This document shows, piece by piece, positions 1 to 10,217 of a DNA stretch of 64,000 bases. Location: positions 3,680,001-3,744,000 of the forward strand of contig OZ241875.1 of assembly GCA_965203325.1 (NCBI GenBank), in the 5' to 3' direction. Made by a program: the position numbers and the translations under genes. Every line of letters starts with the position of its first letter. Positions within the stretch are counted from its first letter, which is position 1. This DNA comes from a bacterium. Lineage in GTDB: Bacteria > UBA8248. The notes beneath the pieces are model-generated. The model searched no databases, was not told the DNA's origin, and saw only the letters and a list, made by a program, of their open reading frames with translations.

Positions 1-1
1 C

Positions 2-289
2 GGCCTCCGCGAGGAGGCGGACGGCGTCAGCTTCGAGGTTCAGGTCCAACCACGCTCATCCAGAGCGGAAATCCATGTTGTTCAAGACGGCGCCCTGCGC
101 GTGCGGCTGACGGCGCCGCCCGTCGACGGGGCCGCCAACAGGCAGTGCATCGAGTTGCTCTCCCGAAAGATGAAGATTCCAAAGCGCGCCATACGAATCG
201 CCTCGGGCGCGAGTGCGCGCAGGAAGCGCCTGAAAGTCCTGGGGATGGGCATCGAAGAGTTGAAGAGTATCCTGGGTGGCATGGCGTAG
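2..289 (+). CDS. DUF167/YggU family protein (5' truncated by window edge)
   Basis: Frame from nt 2 reads GLREEADGVSFEVQVQPRSSRAEI...LRVRLTAPPVDGAAN...IASGASARRKRLKV, the typical DUF167 pattern. Confidence 0.85.
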   Translation, partial: GLREEADGVSFEVQVQPRSSRAEIHVVQDGALRVRLTAPPVDGAANRQCIELLSRKMKIPKRAIRIASGASARRKRLKVLGMGIEELKSILGGMA

Positions 290-295
290 GATGCC

Positions 296-1390
296 GTGTA
301 CTCGTGCGAAGCCATGAATGAGAGAAGCCGGATGGGCGGGAACAAGGAGATTGAGGGAAATTTTCACCACATCGCGTTTCGAGACGGCGCCCTCGTATTG
401 CTCGATCAACGAAAGCTCCCCCGCGAAGAGGTGTACCTCGAATGCCGCACGGAAGAGGAGGTGGCCGAGGCCGTCAAGACCATGGTGGTGCGCGGCGCCC
501 CCGCCATCGGGATAGCGGCGGGCTACGGCATCGCCCTGGCTGCCATCCGTCATACGGGTCCGGGCCCGGTTGCGCAGCGCGAGGCGCTCGAGGGGGCGGC
601 CCGGATGCTGGCCGCCACGCGCCCGACGGCGGTGAACCTCTTCTGGGCGATTGAAAAAATGATGGCGCACGTCGACAAAAGCGACTCCGCGCCCGAAACG
701 CTGGCCGGGGAACTCCTCCGCCTGGCGTGTGAGATGCACGAGGAAGACGCCGCGGTCTGCCGACGGATAGGCGACCTGGGCGCAGGTCTGCTGCCGGAGG
801 GGAGCAGCGTTCTCACGCACTGCAACGCGGGCGCGCTGGCGACCGCAGGCTACGGCACGGCGGGCGGTGTGATTCGCAGCGGCTTCCGGGACGGCCGGGT
901 GCGGGAGGTCTACGTGGACGAGACCAGGCCCTTCCTGCAGGGAGCGCGCCTCACCGCGTGGGAGTTGAACCGCGACGGCATTCCCGTCGTGCTCATCACC
1001 GACAGCATGGCCGCGCACTGCATGCGTCTGGGAAAAATCGACGCGATTGTCGTGGGTGCGGACCGCGTGGCCGCAAACGGGGACGTCGCCAACAAAATCG
1101 GAACGTACGGCCTCGCGGTACTCGCAAGAGAACACGGCGTGCCCTTTTACGTGGCGGCGCCGACGAGCACTATCGACACCGAGTCGAAGGGGGGTGCTGA
1201 CATCCCCATCGAAGAACGCCCCGAGGAGGAGGTCCGCTCATTCGGCGGTGTACCCGTCGCACCGGAGGGCGTGCGCGTATACAACCCCGCGTTCGACGTG
1301 ACGCCCGCGCGTTTCGTGGACGCCCTGGTGACGGAGGGTGGGGTAGTGCGGCTCGCAGAGGGAGAATCCCTCGGCTCGGTATTGGGTTGA
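296..1390 (+). CDS. mtnA: S-methyl-5-thioribose-1-phosphate isomerase (true start may be 315 or 332)
   Basis: Motifs LLDQRKLP, MVVRGAPAIG, TRPTAVNL, LTHCNAGALAT, ETRPFLQGARLTAWEL, GDVANKIGTY, NPAFDVTP. Confidence 0.95.
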   Translation: MYSCEAMNERSRMGGNKEIEGNFHHIAFRDGALVLLDQRKLPREEVYLECRTEEEVAEAVKTMVVRGAPAIGIAAGYGIALAAIRHTGPGPVAQREALEGAARMLAATRPTAVNLFWAIEKMMAHVDKSDSAPETLAGELLRLACEMHEEDAAVCRRIGDLGAGLLPEGSSVLTHCNAGALATAGYGTAGGVIRSGFRDGRVREVYVDETRPFLQGARLTAWELNRDGIPVVLITDSMAAHCMRLGKIDAIVVGADRVAANGDVANKIGTYGLAVLAREHGVPFYVAAPTSTIDTESKGGADIPIEERPEEEVRSFGGVPVAPEGVRVYNPAFDVTPARFVDALVTEGGVVRLAEGESLGSVLG

Positions 1391-1519
1391 GCGGAGGCTC
1401 GCCATACGGAGCGACCGTGTTCGTAGAGAAGCGCAACGTAGCTATATCGTGTTGACTTCCATCCCGAGAGCGGGCTATAAACCGACATTCTTCGGGCGGT
1501 TTTCGGAATCTTTCCCGTG

Positions 1520-1597
1520 GGGGCTGTAGCGAAGTTTGGTTATCGCGCTGGCCTGTCAAGCCAGAGATCGCGGGTTCGAGTCCCGTCAGCCCCGCCA
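1520..1597 (+). tRNA. tRNA-Asp(GTC)
   Basis: GGGGCTG/CAGCCCC acceptor stem, anticodon arm CTGGC-CT-GTC-AA-GCCAG, GGTTCGAGTCC T-arm, encoded CCA. Confidence 0.96.
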
Positions 1598-1889
1598 TAT
1601 AGAATATCCTGCTTCCCTTGAGTCTGGAGGCGTAGAAGCCGGTTCTCCTAATTTGATTCCGGAGCATCCGCGAACTTTGGTTTCCGTCGGTAATTGGTTG
1701 TATAATATTTAGAATATTTTTTTTGACATATAAATTTCGCTTTCCTACATCGTAAGCGAATCTTTATCGATCTATGGGCGCATGGTTTGGCTGGCGCTGG
1801 TGGTATGTCGACGCCGGAAGACTCTGCGTCTTTTCAAGATTCCTTGAGCCGTCTCAAGGAAGTCCTCATCCATTGCAAGGAGAAACGGA

Positions 1890-2879
1890 ATGAAAAGGTT
1901 TGTTGGTTTCGCACTGGCCGCCGCGTTCGTAGCAGGGACGTTCGTGGTGGTCGCACCGGCCGAGTCGGCGACGCTGCGAATCGGCGCGCACCGCTCCATG
2001 TGGGGTTCTTTCGAGATCATCGCCGACCGCATGGACTACTGGAAGAAAGAAGGACTCAAGTACAAGGTAGGTCACTTCAAGCAGGGCAAACTGATGCGCA
2101 ACGCCATCATCCAGAACAACCTGGACACCGGCACCACAGGCTTCTCGCCCTTCACCACGGCGATCGCCAAAGGCGCCAAGGTAACGGCCATCGGCGTTAC
2201 GGCGAACATTTGCGCCGCCATCAACATCATCGTGCCCGCGAAGTCGAAGGCGAAGAGCCTGAAAGACCTCAAAGGCTCGGTGTTCGCCAACAAGAAGGGC
2301 ACGAGCACGGACTTCGCTTTTCAGTCCTACGTCGTTCCCGCGTATGGCCTGAAAAGCTCCGATTTCCCGCTTCTGAGCGTCCGCGCCACCGAGCGCATCG
2401 CAGCACTTCTCTCCGGCGCCGCCAAGGCGGCCATGGTCGGCGAACCGCAGGGTGAAATCGCCCGTGAGGCCGGCTACATCCGCTATCTCGAGAATCTCTG
2501 CAAGTACGACAACACGAGCATGATGCACGTGGGCAACCCGCAGACCATCAAAAAACACCCCGATCTCATCTACAAGTATTTCCGGGGCTGGCTGAAGGCG
2601 CATCAGTTGCTGAAGAACGACGTCAAAAAGTACGCTACGGTCTACACCAAGGCCTTGAACGAAGTGGGCGACAAGGCCAAGGTGAGCATCACGCTCAAAG
2701 CCATCAAGAAGCTCAAGACCGAAGTTTTCATCACCGATAGGGTGAAGAACTACCTGAACGACATGGGCGACAAGCAGATCAAGCTCGGCTGGATCAAGAG
2801 CCGCCCCGACTTCACCAAGAGTCCGTTCGTAGATGACTCCATCCTCCGCAAGGCCGCGAAGGACATCGGTTTCAACTAG
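1890..2879 (+). CDS. NitT/TauT/SsuA-type ABC transporter substrate-binding protein, paralogue 1
   Basis: Signal peptide, KSLKDLKG and KGTSTD motifs, AGGAG RBS, cognate permease/ATPase nearby. Confidence 0.85.
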   Translation: MKRFVGFALAAAFVAGTFVVVAPAESATLRIGAHRSMWGSFEIIADRMDYWKKEGLKYKVGHFKQGKLMRNAIIQNNLDTGTTGFSPFTTAIAKGAKVTAIGVTANICAAINIIVPAKSKAKSLKDLKGSVFANKKGTSTDFAFQSYVVPAYGLKSSDFPLLSVRATERIAALLSGAAKAAMVGEPQGEIAREAGYIRYLENLCKYDNTSMMHVGNPQTIKKHPDLIYKYFRGWLKAHQLLKNDVKKYATVYTKALNEVGDKAKVSITLKAIKKLKTEVFITDRVKNYLNDMGDKQIKLGWIKSRPDFTKSPFVDDSILRKAAKDIGFN

Positions 2880-2902
2880 ACGACCACGCCAGACGCAAAA
2901 CG

Positions 2903-2938
2903 AAAACCCCCGGGAGTTTCAGCTCCCGGGGGTTTTTT
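2903..2938 (+). terminator. Rho-independent terminator
   Basis: AAAACCCCCGGGAG-loop-CTCCCGGGGGTTTTTT directly after the stop codon. Confidence 0.8.
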
Positions 2939-3156
2939 GTGAAATTTTCTCGCATGATGTATAATTAAAGCATAGCGATATGAAAATAAGTCTGGTTTTG
3001 GGCGGAATCTCTCTTTTTCATTCTGAGAGGAGGGCATCGTACCACTGGCGAATGGGTTTCCGGCGTCGGGTATACTTCTGCGCCGCAAACTTGTGTCTTG
3101 GTGTAAGGTTTTAGATCATCCATGGAAGTCTTCATTCACTCGAAGGAGGAACAGGC

Positions 3157-4146
3157 ATGAAAAGACTTGTTGGTTTCGCACTGGCCGCCGCGTTCGTAGC
3201 AGGGACGTTCGTGGTGGTCGCGCCCGCCGAATCGGCGTCGCTGCGCATCGGCGCGCACCGGGCCCTGATGGGGTCTTTCGAGGTCATCTCCCACCGCATG
3301 GGTTACTGGAAGAAAGAGGGCTTGAAGTACACGATGAGCCACTTCAAGCAGGGCAAACTGATGCGCAACGCCATCATCCAGAATAACCTGGATACCGGCA
3401 CCACCGGCTTCTCGCCCTTTACGACGGCGATTTCCAAGGGGGCGAAGGTAACGGCCATCGGCGTGACGGCGAACATCTGCGGCATGGTCGCCATTATCGT
3501 GCCTAAGAACTCGAAGGCCAAGAGCCTGAAAGACCTCAAGGGTTCGGTGTTCGCCAACAAGAAGGGCACGAGCACGGACTTCGCGTTCCAGTTCTACGTC
3601 GTTCCCGCGCATGGTCTGAAACGCTCGGACTTCCCGCTTCTGAGCGTTCGCACCACAGAGCGCATCGCCGCGCTGGTGTCCGGCGCCGCCAAGGCGGCCA
3701 TGGTCGGCGAACCGCAGGGTGAAATCGCCCGCGAGCAGGGCCTGATTCGCTATCTCGAGGATCTGTGCAAATACGACAACACGAGAATGATGCACGTGGG
3801 CAATCCCATTACCATCAAAAAGCACCCCGAACTCTACTACAAGTACTTCCGGGGCTGGCTGAAGGCGCACCAGTTGCTGAAGAATGACCCCGAAACCTAC
3901 GCCAAGGTCTACACCAAGGCGCTTCAGGAAGTCGGCGACAAGGCCAAGGTGAGCACCACGCTCAAGGTCGTTAAAAAGCTCAAGACGGAGGTTTTCCTGA
4001 GCGACGAGGTGAAGAGATACCTGAACGACATGGGTGACAAGCAGATACAGCTCGGCTGGATCAAGAGCCACCCCGACTTCACCAAGAGTCCGCACCTGGA
4101 TGACTCCATCCTCCGCAGGGCCGCGAAGGACATCGGCTTCAACTAA
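3157..4146 (+). CDS. NitT/TauT/SsuA-type ABC transporter substrate-binding protein, paralogue 2
   Basis: Same length (329 aa) and largely identical to 1890..2879. Confidence 0.85.
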   Translation: MKRLVGFALAAAFVAGTFVVVAPAESASLRIGAHRALMGSFEVISHRMGYWKKEGLKYTMSHFKQGKLMRNAIIQNNLDTGTTGFSPFTTAISKGAKVTAIGVTANICGMVAIIVPKNSKAKSLKDLKGSVFANKKGTSTDFAFQFYVVPAHGLKRSDFPLLSVRTTERIAALVSGAAKAAMVGEPQGEIAREQGLIRYLEDLCKYDNTRMMHVGNPITIKKHPELYYKYFRGWLKAHQLLKNDPETYAKVYTKALQEVGDKAKVSTTLKVVKKLKTEVFLSDEVKRYLNDMGDKQIQLGWIKSHPDFTKSPHLDDSILRRAAKDIGFN

Positions 4147-4165
4147 GCGCTCGGACAAGACGCAG

Positions 4166-4205
4166 CAGAAGACCCCCGGAGGCGGAAGCTCCCGGGGGTC
4201 TTCTG
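4166..4205 (+). terminator. Terminator-like hairpin
   Basis: CAGAAGACCCCCGG...CCGGGGGTCTTCTG after paralogue 2, related to the hairpin after paralogue 1. Confidence 0.6.
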
Positions 4206-4220
4206 TTGCCGGGGCTGGAC

Positions 4221-4410
4221 GCGGGGTTGTTGATAAAGTCCTGCATTGCCGGAATGACGGCAATGGGATTCCGCTTTGACGAAGGGAGTGTAGGGGCCGC
4301 ATACATGCGGCCCGTCGTTGGAAGGCAAAAAGGCCGGGTCGCATATATGTCGGACATATATGTCCGACCTACACACAAGAGATCCGTCCGATAGGGTTTT
4401 CAACAGCCCC
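4221..4410. repeat. REPIN/MITE-like composite palindromic element
   Basis: Bounded by GGGGTTGTTGATAAA / TTTTCAACAGCCCC; contains GTAGGGGCCGCATACATGCGGCCC...CCTAC GTAG-type REP pair. Confidence 0.65.
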
Positions 4411-4434
4411 GAGGCGCAGCGATCATCCCCAGAC

Positions 4435-4470
4435 AAAAAAACCGGGCGCGGCAAGAGTCGCGCCCGGTTT
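4435..4470 (-). terminator. Rho-independent terminator of the permease gene
   Basis: AAACCGGGCGCG/CGCGCCCGGTTT stem with a U-tract on the minus strand. Confidence 0.65.
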
Positions 4471-4493
4471 GTAAGTATTTGTTCCTGTTCTGA

Positions 4494-5420
4494 TTACACC
4501 TTCTTATCCTGTGCGCCCATCGCCTCCATCATGCCCCAGCGGATGACGGTGCGGCTCTCGATGGGCTGGAAGAGCACCTTCTCCAGCACGAAGCCGAACA
4601 GGCCGAGGATGCCGAGCGCGACCATCATGAACGCGATGTCGAGGTATTCCTGCGCGTCGAAGATGCCGGCCGAAAGCCCCCAGCGGATGCCCGCGAACGC
4701 CTCCGCCCCCACACCCGCGCGCCAGGCGCGCGCCAGGCCGATGCGCATGCCGCTCAGAATCATCGGCAGCGAGCCGGGCAGGACGACGGTGCGGAAAATC
4801 GTCATCTTGTCCGCGTTCATCGACTGGGCCGCGCGTATCCACACCGGGTTCACGGTTTTCACGCCCGTCCAGACCGCCATGGCGATGGGGAGGAACGAGG
4901 CGAAGGCCGTGATGACGATGACCGTCTGATCCCCGATGCCCGACCAGATGACGACGATGGGCGTCCAGGCGATGGCGGGAATCGGCAACAATACGGAGAG
5001 AAGCGGTACGAAAAACGATTCCCAGAAGGCGAAGCGGCCCATCAAGATGCCCACGATGGTGCCGACGACCGCCGCGATGAAGAACGAGAACGGGAGGCGC
5101 CACGCGGTGTTCAGCGTATGAAGCAGAATCGGGCTCTCCAGGAGTTTCCAGATATGATCCACGAAACTCAGGTTCGGATTCTCGGCCAGCGCCCGGAACA
5201 ATGGGTCCGTAACAAGCTCCCAGGCTCGAAAGGCGATGGCGTCGACGGTCGGGAAGAGCCTGCCCTGGTTGCCCTGGGCCTGCATGGCGGCGACCTGCCA
5301 GATGGCCAGGATGACGATGAACGGGTAAATCGGCCTCAGTTTCACCCAGAACGGTGACCTCAACTCTTTTTTCTTCTCGTCCATCGGTTGAGGAACAGGC
5401 GTTGCCTCGGATGTCTGCAT
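4494..5420 (-). CDS. NitT/TauT family ABC transporter permease
   Basis: Multiple TM segments, PIPAIAWTP, AAQSMNA...VVLPGSLPMILSGMRIG (EAA-like loop). Confidence 0.9.
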   Translation of the reverse strand: MQTSEATPVPQPMDEKKKELRSPFWVKLRPIYPFIVILAIWQVAAMQAQGNQGRLFPTVDAIAFRAWELVTDPLFRALAENPNLSFVDHIWKLLESPILLHTLNTAWRLPFSFFIAAVVGTIVGILMGRFAFWESFFVPLLSVLLPIPAIAWTPIVVIWSGIGDQTVIVITAFASFLPIAMAVWTGVKTVNPVWIRAAQSMNADKMTIFRTVVLPGSLPMILSGMRIGLARAWRAGVGAEAFAGIRWGLSAGIFDAQEYLDIAFMMVALGILGLFGFVLEKVLFQPIESRTVIRWGMMEAMGAQDKKV

Positions 5421-5433
5421 GGATTATTCCTCT

Positions 5434-6180
5434 CTAAAAATCGCGAATCAAATCGTTCACGTGTCGTTGCAGTCTGATGAACTCGGGCGCGAGGTCGTCC
5501 CTGGGTCTGGGAAGATCGACTTTCACGATCTCGCGGATTCTCCCCGGATTCGGGACGAAAACCACAATCCGGTTCCCGAGGTAGACGGCCTCGCTCAAGT
5601 TGTGTGTGACGTAGAGGATCGTTTTTTTCGTCTTCTGCCACACGTCGACGGTCAACTCCTGCAGTTCCTCGCGCGTCTGGGCGTCGAGCGCGCCGAAGGG
5701 CTCGTCCATCAGGAGGATTTGCGGGTCGAACGCCATGGCTCTCGCCACTGCCACCCGCTGGCGCATGCCGCCCGAGAGGTTGTGCGGGAAGAAATCCGCA
5801 AAATCCTCGAGGCGGACGAGGCGAAGGTAATCATGCGCGATTCTCGTGCGCTCCTCCTCGGGGATGTTTCTGATTTCGAGGCCGTATTCCACGTTCTGTC
5901 TGGCCGTGCGCCACGGGAACAGCGCGTATTCCTGAAAAACGACGCCCTTGTCGTAGTCCTGGGTGAGCGGTCTTCCGTCCATGGTGATGGTGCCCGCGGT
6001 GATCTCGACGAAGCCGGCGAGCATGTTGAGCAGCGTCGTCTTCCCGCAGCCGGAAAGCCCCACGAGACAGATGAATTCGCCGTCTTCGATATTGAGGTTC
6101 ACGCCCTCGAGAGCGTGCACCCGCCTTTCGGGCGTGTCATAGATTTTTCTCAAGTTTTGAATCGATATTTTGGTGACCAT
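5434..6180 (-). CDS. NitT/TauT family ABC transporter ATP-binding protein
   Basis: Walker A GLSGCGKTT, VFQEYALFPW, LSGGMRQR, LLMDEPFGALDAQTR; start taken at MVTKIS. Confidence 0.93.
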   Translation of the reverse strand: MVTKISIQNLRKIYDTPERRVHALEGVNLNIEDGEFICLVGLSGCGKTTLLNMLAGFVEITAGTITMDGRPLTQDYDKGVVFQEYALFPWRTARQNVEYGLEIRNIPEEERTRIAHDYLRLVRLEDFADFFPHNLSGGMRQRVAVARAMAFDPQILLMDEPFGALDAQTREELQELTVDVWQKTKKTILYVTHNLSEAVYLGNRIVVFVPNPGRIREIVKVDLPRPRDDLAPEFIRLQRHVNDLIRDF

Positions 6181-6465
6181 GTATAAGTGTATTCCCAAGA
6201 TATGAAAGACGAAGCCTTTCTGGTGTATGGAAACGGAGCCAAGGTACCCAGATTCTAGCAAAATCCGAAGTGCAATAGAAACCGCAAATATACTTTCGCC
6301 ATGTTTTGTAATAATCTCATGTGCGCTCCTGTGCGCAGGTGAGCGCTCAGGCGCTGGAAAGCGTTGATATTACTTGAGGTTCAGGCGAATCCAAAGCCTC
6401 GTGAAATGGGCTTCTCCCGTATAGTGAGATACATCTCGGGCCGGAGATTCGCGAAAGGGTTTTTT

Positions 6466-7689
6466 ATGGATGGTCGACTTCCGCTGGAGGGGCTTCGAAT
6501 CCTGGCGGTGGAGCAGTTCGGGGCGGGGCCGCTGGCCTCCCAACTGTTGGGGGACATGGGGGCCGAGGTCATCAAGATTGAGGACCACGCCGTGGGCGGC
6601 GATTCCGCACGGCCCGTCCCCCCGTATGCCCTTCCTCATAACGACAGCTACTATTTCCAGTCCTTCAACCGCAACAAGAAGAGCGTCGCGCTCAGAATCC
6701 GCACGCCCGAAGGGAAGGCGATATTGCGAAGACTCGTCCCCAAAGCGGATGCGCTCTATGCGAATTGCCGGGGCGATGCGCCCGAGAAGCTCGAATTAAC
6801 GTATAAGCACCTGGGTCCCTACAACGAGAAAATCGTGTGCTGTTTTCTCTCCGGCTACGGGATGACGGGCCCCAGGGCGCCCGAGCCGGCTTACGACTAC
6901 CTCATGCAGGCCTACGCCGGCATCATGGACCTGACGGGAGAGCCGGACGGCCCTCCCACCAAGGCGGGCGTGAGCTTCGTTGATTTCTCGGGCGGATTCA
7001 TATCGCTCGTGGGCCTGTTGGCCGCGCTGTGGGAGGCGAATCGCACGGGCAAGGGGAGAGACGTCGACGTGGCGCTCATGGACGGCGCTTTGGTTCAGCT
7101 TGCGTACATGGCCACCTGGGCGCTCAACTGCGGTTATGTGCCGCAGAAATTCTCCCGGAGCGCGCACCCCTCGATGGTGCCCGCGCAGAATTTCGAGACC
7201 AAAGACGGATGGGTGAGCGTGCTTTGCCTCAAGCAGAGTTTTTTCCCCATCCTCGTCGAACGCATGGGCCTGCCGGCGCTGGCCGAGGACCCGCGCTTCA
7301 AGCTGGCCCAGGATCGCTTCGAAAACCGCGAAGTTCTGCTGGACATCCTCGAACGAGCGTTTCAGGAAAAGACGAACGCGGAATGGACCGAATTGCTCCA
7401 GGGCCATGTGCCCTTCGCGCCGGTGAACACCGTGGCGCAGGCGATGGAGGACCCCCAGATCCTGGCGCGAGACATGATTGTCGAGATGAAGCACCCCGCA
7501 GCGGGAAGCATGAAGGTACTCGGGCCGCCCATCAGGCTGCCGGGCGCGGATATGAAGTACGCGCGGGCGCCTTATCTGGGCGAACACACGAAAGAGGTTC
7601 TGGGCGACCTCCTCGGGATGGAGGAAGATGAACTCGAGGCCTTGAGAGAGAAGAACATCGTGTCCTGGGCCGCTCCGCCCGAAGGGTAG
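6466..7689 (+). CDS. CaiB/BaiF family (class III) CoA-transferase
   Basis: PLEGLRIL, AGPLASQLLGDMGAEVIKIE, NRNKKSVAL, AYDYLMQA, APYLGEHT. Confidence 0.92.
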   Translation: MDGRLPLEGLRILAVEQFGAGPLASQLLGDMGAEVIKIEDHAVGGDSARPVPPYALPHNDSYYFQSFNRNKKSVALRIRTPEGKAILRRLVPKADALYANCRGDAPEKLELTYKHLGPYNEKIVCCFLSGYGMTGPRAPEPAYDYLMQAYAGIMDLTGEPDGPPTKAGVSFVDFSGGFISLVGLLAALWEANRTGKGRDVDVALMDGALVQLAYMATWALNCGYVPQKFSRSAHPSMVPAQNFETKDGWVSVLCLKQSFFPILVERMGLPALAEDPRFKLAQDRFENREVLLDILERAFQEKTNAEWTELLQGHVPFAPVNTVAQAMEDPQILARDMIVEMKHPAAGSMKVLGPPIRLPGADMKYARAPYLGEHTKEVLGDLLGMEEDELEALREKNIVSWAAPPEG

Positions 7690-7746
7690 GACGCGGGGCA
7701 GAGCGATAATTTACCGGTTTTCATTCACATTTCTGGAGGTGACTTC

Positions 7747-8175
7747 ATGGCGGATTTGCCTGTACCGCAAGTCGTAAATTCCCTGGACGTAGACGAGGAC
7801 AAGGCCTATGAGCCGCCCTATGACATCCGCTGGGGTGTGAACCGCGAGACGACGGGGACGGATACCATCACGATGGGCAGAACCATCATCCCCCCGAGAG
7901 GCCGCAACGCGCTGCATTTTCATAAAAACTGCGACACCACGATCTACGTGGTGAAAGGCCCCGTCAACATCTACTGGAAAGAGGGTGGGGAGATCGAGAG
8001 AAAGGAAATTCCCGTCGGCCACTTCGTCTATTTTCCCTGCGGGTGCATTCACGGACAAGAGAATCCGAGCACGGACGAACCGGCGGAGTTGATATTCACC
8101 TACGGCGGGATGCCCAACAAGGAGGCGGCGGGCACGACGTTCGTGGACGACCCCAGAGACCCGCTGAGGGACTAG
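7747..8175 (+). CDS. Cupin domain protein
   Basis: [15 protein letters not shown] and YFPCGCIHG cupin motifs; GGAGG RBS. Confidence 0.8.
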   Translation: MADLPVPQVVNSLDVDEDKAYEPPYDIRWGVNRETTGTDTITMGRTIIPPRGRNALHFHKNCDTTIYVVKGPVNIYWKEGGEIERKEIPVGHFVYFPCGCIHGQENPSTDEPAELIFTYGGMPNKEAAGTTFVDDPRDPLRD

Positions 8176-8243
8176 TGATTCGCATTTCCGGGGCGCTCTC
8201 CATTCGCCCGTCATCGCCCGAGATCGAGGAGGTGAGTACGCGC

Positions 8244-9128
8244 ATGTTTTCCCTAAGACTCCTCGCTTGCCTGCTCTTCATCTGTTTCCTGGGCGTCACC
8301 GGCTCGTTTGTTCATGCGCAGCAGGTTAGAAAGAAAATATCCGGTTTCGACGGTGCAACATTGGTGCACGTTCCCTCGGGGCGGTTCGTGATGGGCAGCA
8401 AGTCCGGTGACAGGGACGAGCGTCCGCCCCGGAAAGTTTTCGTCTCCGGCTTCTGGATTGGTCAGACGGAAGTGACGGCGGAGCGCTTCGCGCGCTTCGT
8501 CTCCCAGACCGGATACAAGACGACGGCCGAGAAGCGGAAATGGTCCTGGACGTGGGACGCTTCCTTGAGAAAGGGAAAGGGCGGCTGGCGAAAGACCAAG
8601 GGTGCGAACTGGCGCCGGCCCGAAGGCCCGAAATCCACCTGGAAAACAATGCCACAGCAGCCCGTCTCGCACGTGAGCTGGCCCGATGCGGAAGCCTATT
8701 GCGGGTGGGCGGGCAGGCGTTTGCCCACCGAGGCGGAATGGGAGCGAGCGTCGCGCGGTGCGGACGGGAGGCGCTATCCCTGGGGTGTGGCGCGCGACGC
8801 GATGAGAGCCAACCTGAAAGGGGGGAAGGACGGGTTCCCCGGCGTCTCCCCCGTGGGCCGCTTCCCGAAGGGCGCGAGCCCTTTCGGGGCGCTCGATATG
8901 TCGGGCAACGTCTGGGAGTGGGTGGCCGACCGCTATGGTTCGAGGGCGTACCGGAAGATGGCCGAACGCGACCCGCACGGGCCGGCGAAGGGAAAGACGA
9001 GAGTCGTTCGCGGCGCCTCCTGGGGCAGTCCCGTCGCCTGGGCCACGGCGCACAACCGCTACCACCGCCTACCCGATTATACGAACAACAAGATCGGCTT
9101 TCGCTGCGCCACGGGCGAGGGTTCTTGA
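8244..9128 (+). CDS. Formylglycine-generating enzyme (SUMF1/FGE-sulfatase) family protein, exported
   Basis: [43 protein letters not shown]-terminal signal peptide. Confidence 0.9.
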   Translation: MFSLRLLACLLFICFLGVTGSFVHAQQVRKKISGFDGATLVHVPSGRFVMGSKSGDRDERPPRKVFVSGFWIGQTEVTAERFARFVSQTGYKTTAEKRKWSWTWDASLRKGKGGWRKTKGANWRRPEGPKSTWKTMPQQPVSHVSWPDAEAYCGWAGRRLPTEAEWERASRGADGRRYPWGVARDAMRANLKGGKDGFPGVSPVGRFPKGASPFGALDMSGNVWEWVADRYGSRAYRKMAERDPHGPAKGKTRVVRGASWGSPVAWATAHNRYHRLPDYTNNKIGFRCATGEGS

Positions 9129-9252
9129 TACGGCCGGAGTCCCTCGACATGATGCGCTGCGAGGGGAGGACCCAAGCCGCGCAACCCTTCACATTCTTGA
9201 TGAATTAGGAATTGCCACCGAAATCAGGCGAAGCGCCGGTTTGGTTCTCCGC

Positions 9253-9534
9253 TCACTTCGAAGTTCTTTCAATCAGGGCTTCCAGGGCCCTCATGCTTTC
9301 GCGATGGCGGGTATCCAAAGCGGCCATGGTTTCTTCATGTTGCCGCTTGCTTTGTGCTTCTCTTCTTTCGGTTCCACGCTGCATGAGCCTCAGCCCGTAC
9401 CAGATGAGCGCGCATTGTACGACGCCCACCATGAGTGAGATAAAGGCGTGAATCGCCGAAATCCAGAGTCCTATCCGTGAAATCTCGAGCCCTGCACGTG
9501 AAATTTCGAGCGTTGCCATTTGGAATTCCGTCAT
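9253..9534 (-). CDS. Small single-TM coiled-coil hypothetical protein, copy 1 (93 aa)
   Basis: MTEFQMATLEIS...GVVQCALIWYGL...HRESMRALEALIERTSK with GGAGAGG RBS; near-identical copy 496 nt away. Confidence 0.7.
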   Translation of the reverse strand: MTEFQMATLEISRAGLEISRIGLWISAIHAFISLMVGVVQCALIWYGLRLMQRGTERREAQSKRQHEETMAALDTRHRESMRALEALIERTSK

Positions 9535-9748
9535 CTTTTCCTCTCCGCGGGTCTGGCTTGGGAGTGGAGTAGCCTCACGAATATGACGCACGGGGGTGGG
9601 AAAAGCAACATCTGCCGTCACCCGCGCCGTTGGTTCGGATTTCTCCGGTGGGGCGGATTGCGCGGGAATAGTGGAGCGACGCCGCGAGAGGACGCGCATC
9701 AAGAAAGTAGCGAGAGAAATCAGGCGAAGCGGCGGTCTTTTTCTCCGC

Positions 9749-10030
9749 TCACTTCGAAGTTCTCTCAATCAGGGCTTCCAGGGCCCTCATGCTTTCGCGA
9801 TGGCGGGTTTCCAGAGCGGCCATGGTTTCTTCGTGCTGCCGTTTGCTTTGTGCTTCTCTTCTTTCGGTTCCACGCTGCATGAGTTTCAGCCCGTACCAGA
9901 TGAGCGCGCATTGTACGACGCCCACTATGAGTGAGATAAAGGCATGAATTGCTGAAATCCAGAGTCCTATCCGTGAAATCTCGATTCCTGCACGTGAAAT
10001 CTCGAGTGTTGCCATTTGAAATTCTGTCAT
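9749..10030 (-). CDS. Small single-TM coiled-coil hypothetical protein, copy 2 (93 aa)
   Basis: Differs from copy 1 only by conservative substitutions (L/I, M/I, R/K, D/E). Confidence 0.7.
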   Translation of the reverse strand: MTEFQMATLEISRAGIEISRIGLWISAIHAFISLIVGVVQCALIWYGLKLMQRGTERREAQSKRQHEETMAALETRHRESMRALEALIERTSK

Positions 10031-10217
10031 CTTTTCCTCTCCGCGGGTCTGGCTTGGGAGTGGAGTAGCCTCTCGAATATGACGCACGGGGGTGGGAAAA
10101 GCAACATCGGCCGTCGCCCGCGCCGCTGGTTCGGGATGGGCGATGGTCTTTTTACCTTGAGACGAGAAGGAGCCTGCCCGATATAGCGCATGGCGCGCCG
10201 TCGTCAAAGTGAAGGCC

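Larger units (their letters stand above)
9220..10134. repeat. Tandem direct repeat, about 420-nt units (9220-9638 and 9716-10134)
   Basis: Near-identical sequence at a 496-nt offset covering the gene and its upstream region. Confidence 0.9.

Noticed and set aside
56..1135. Long antisense/alternative-frame ORFs (e.g. 56..1135, 10209..11171, 17389..18549, 24548..26800, 24841..26862, 31888..33468, 60762..61994)
   Set aside because: Shadow ORFs typical of high-GC DNA, overlapping genes with clear family motifs
1520..1597. tRNA-Asp or tRNA-Ala as attachment site of the integrase island
   Set aside because: No duplicated tRNA 3' end was seen near the island boundaries
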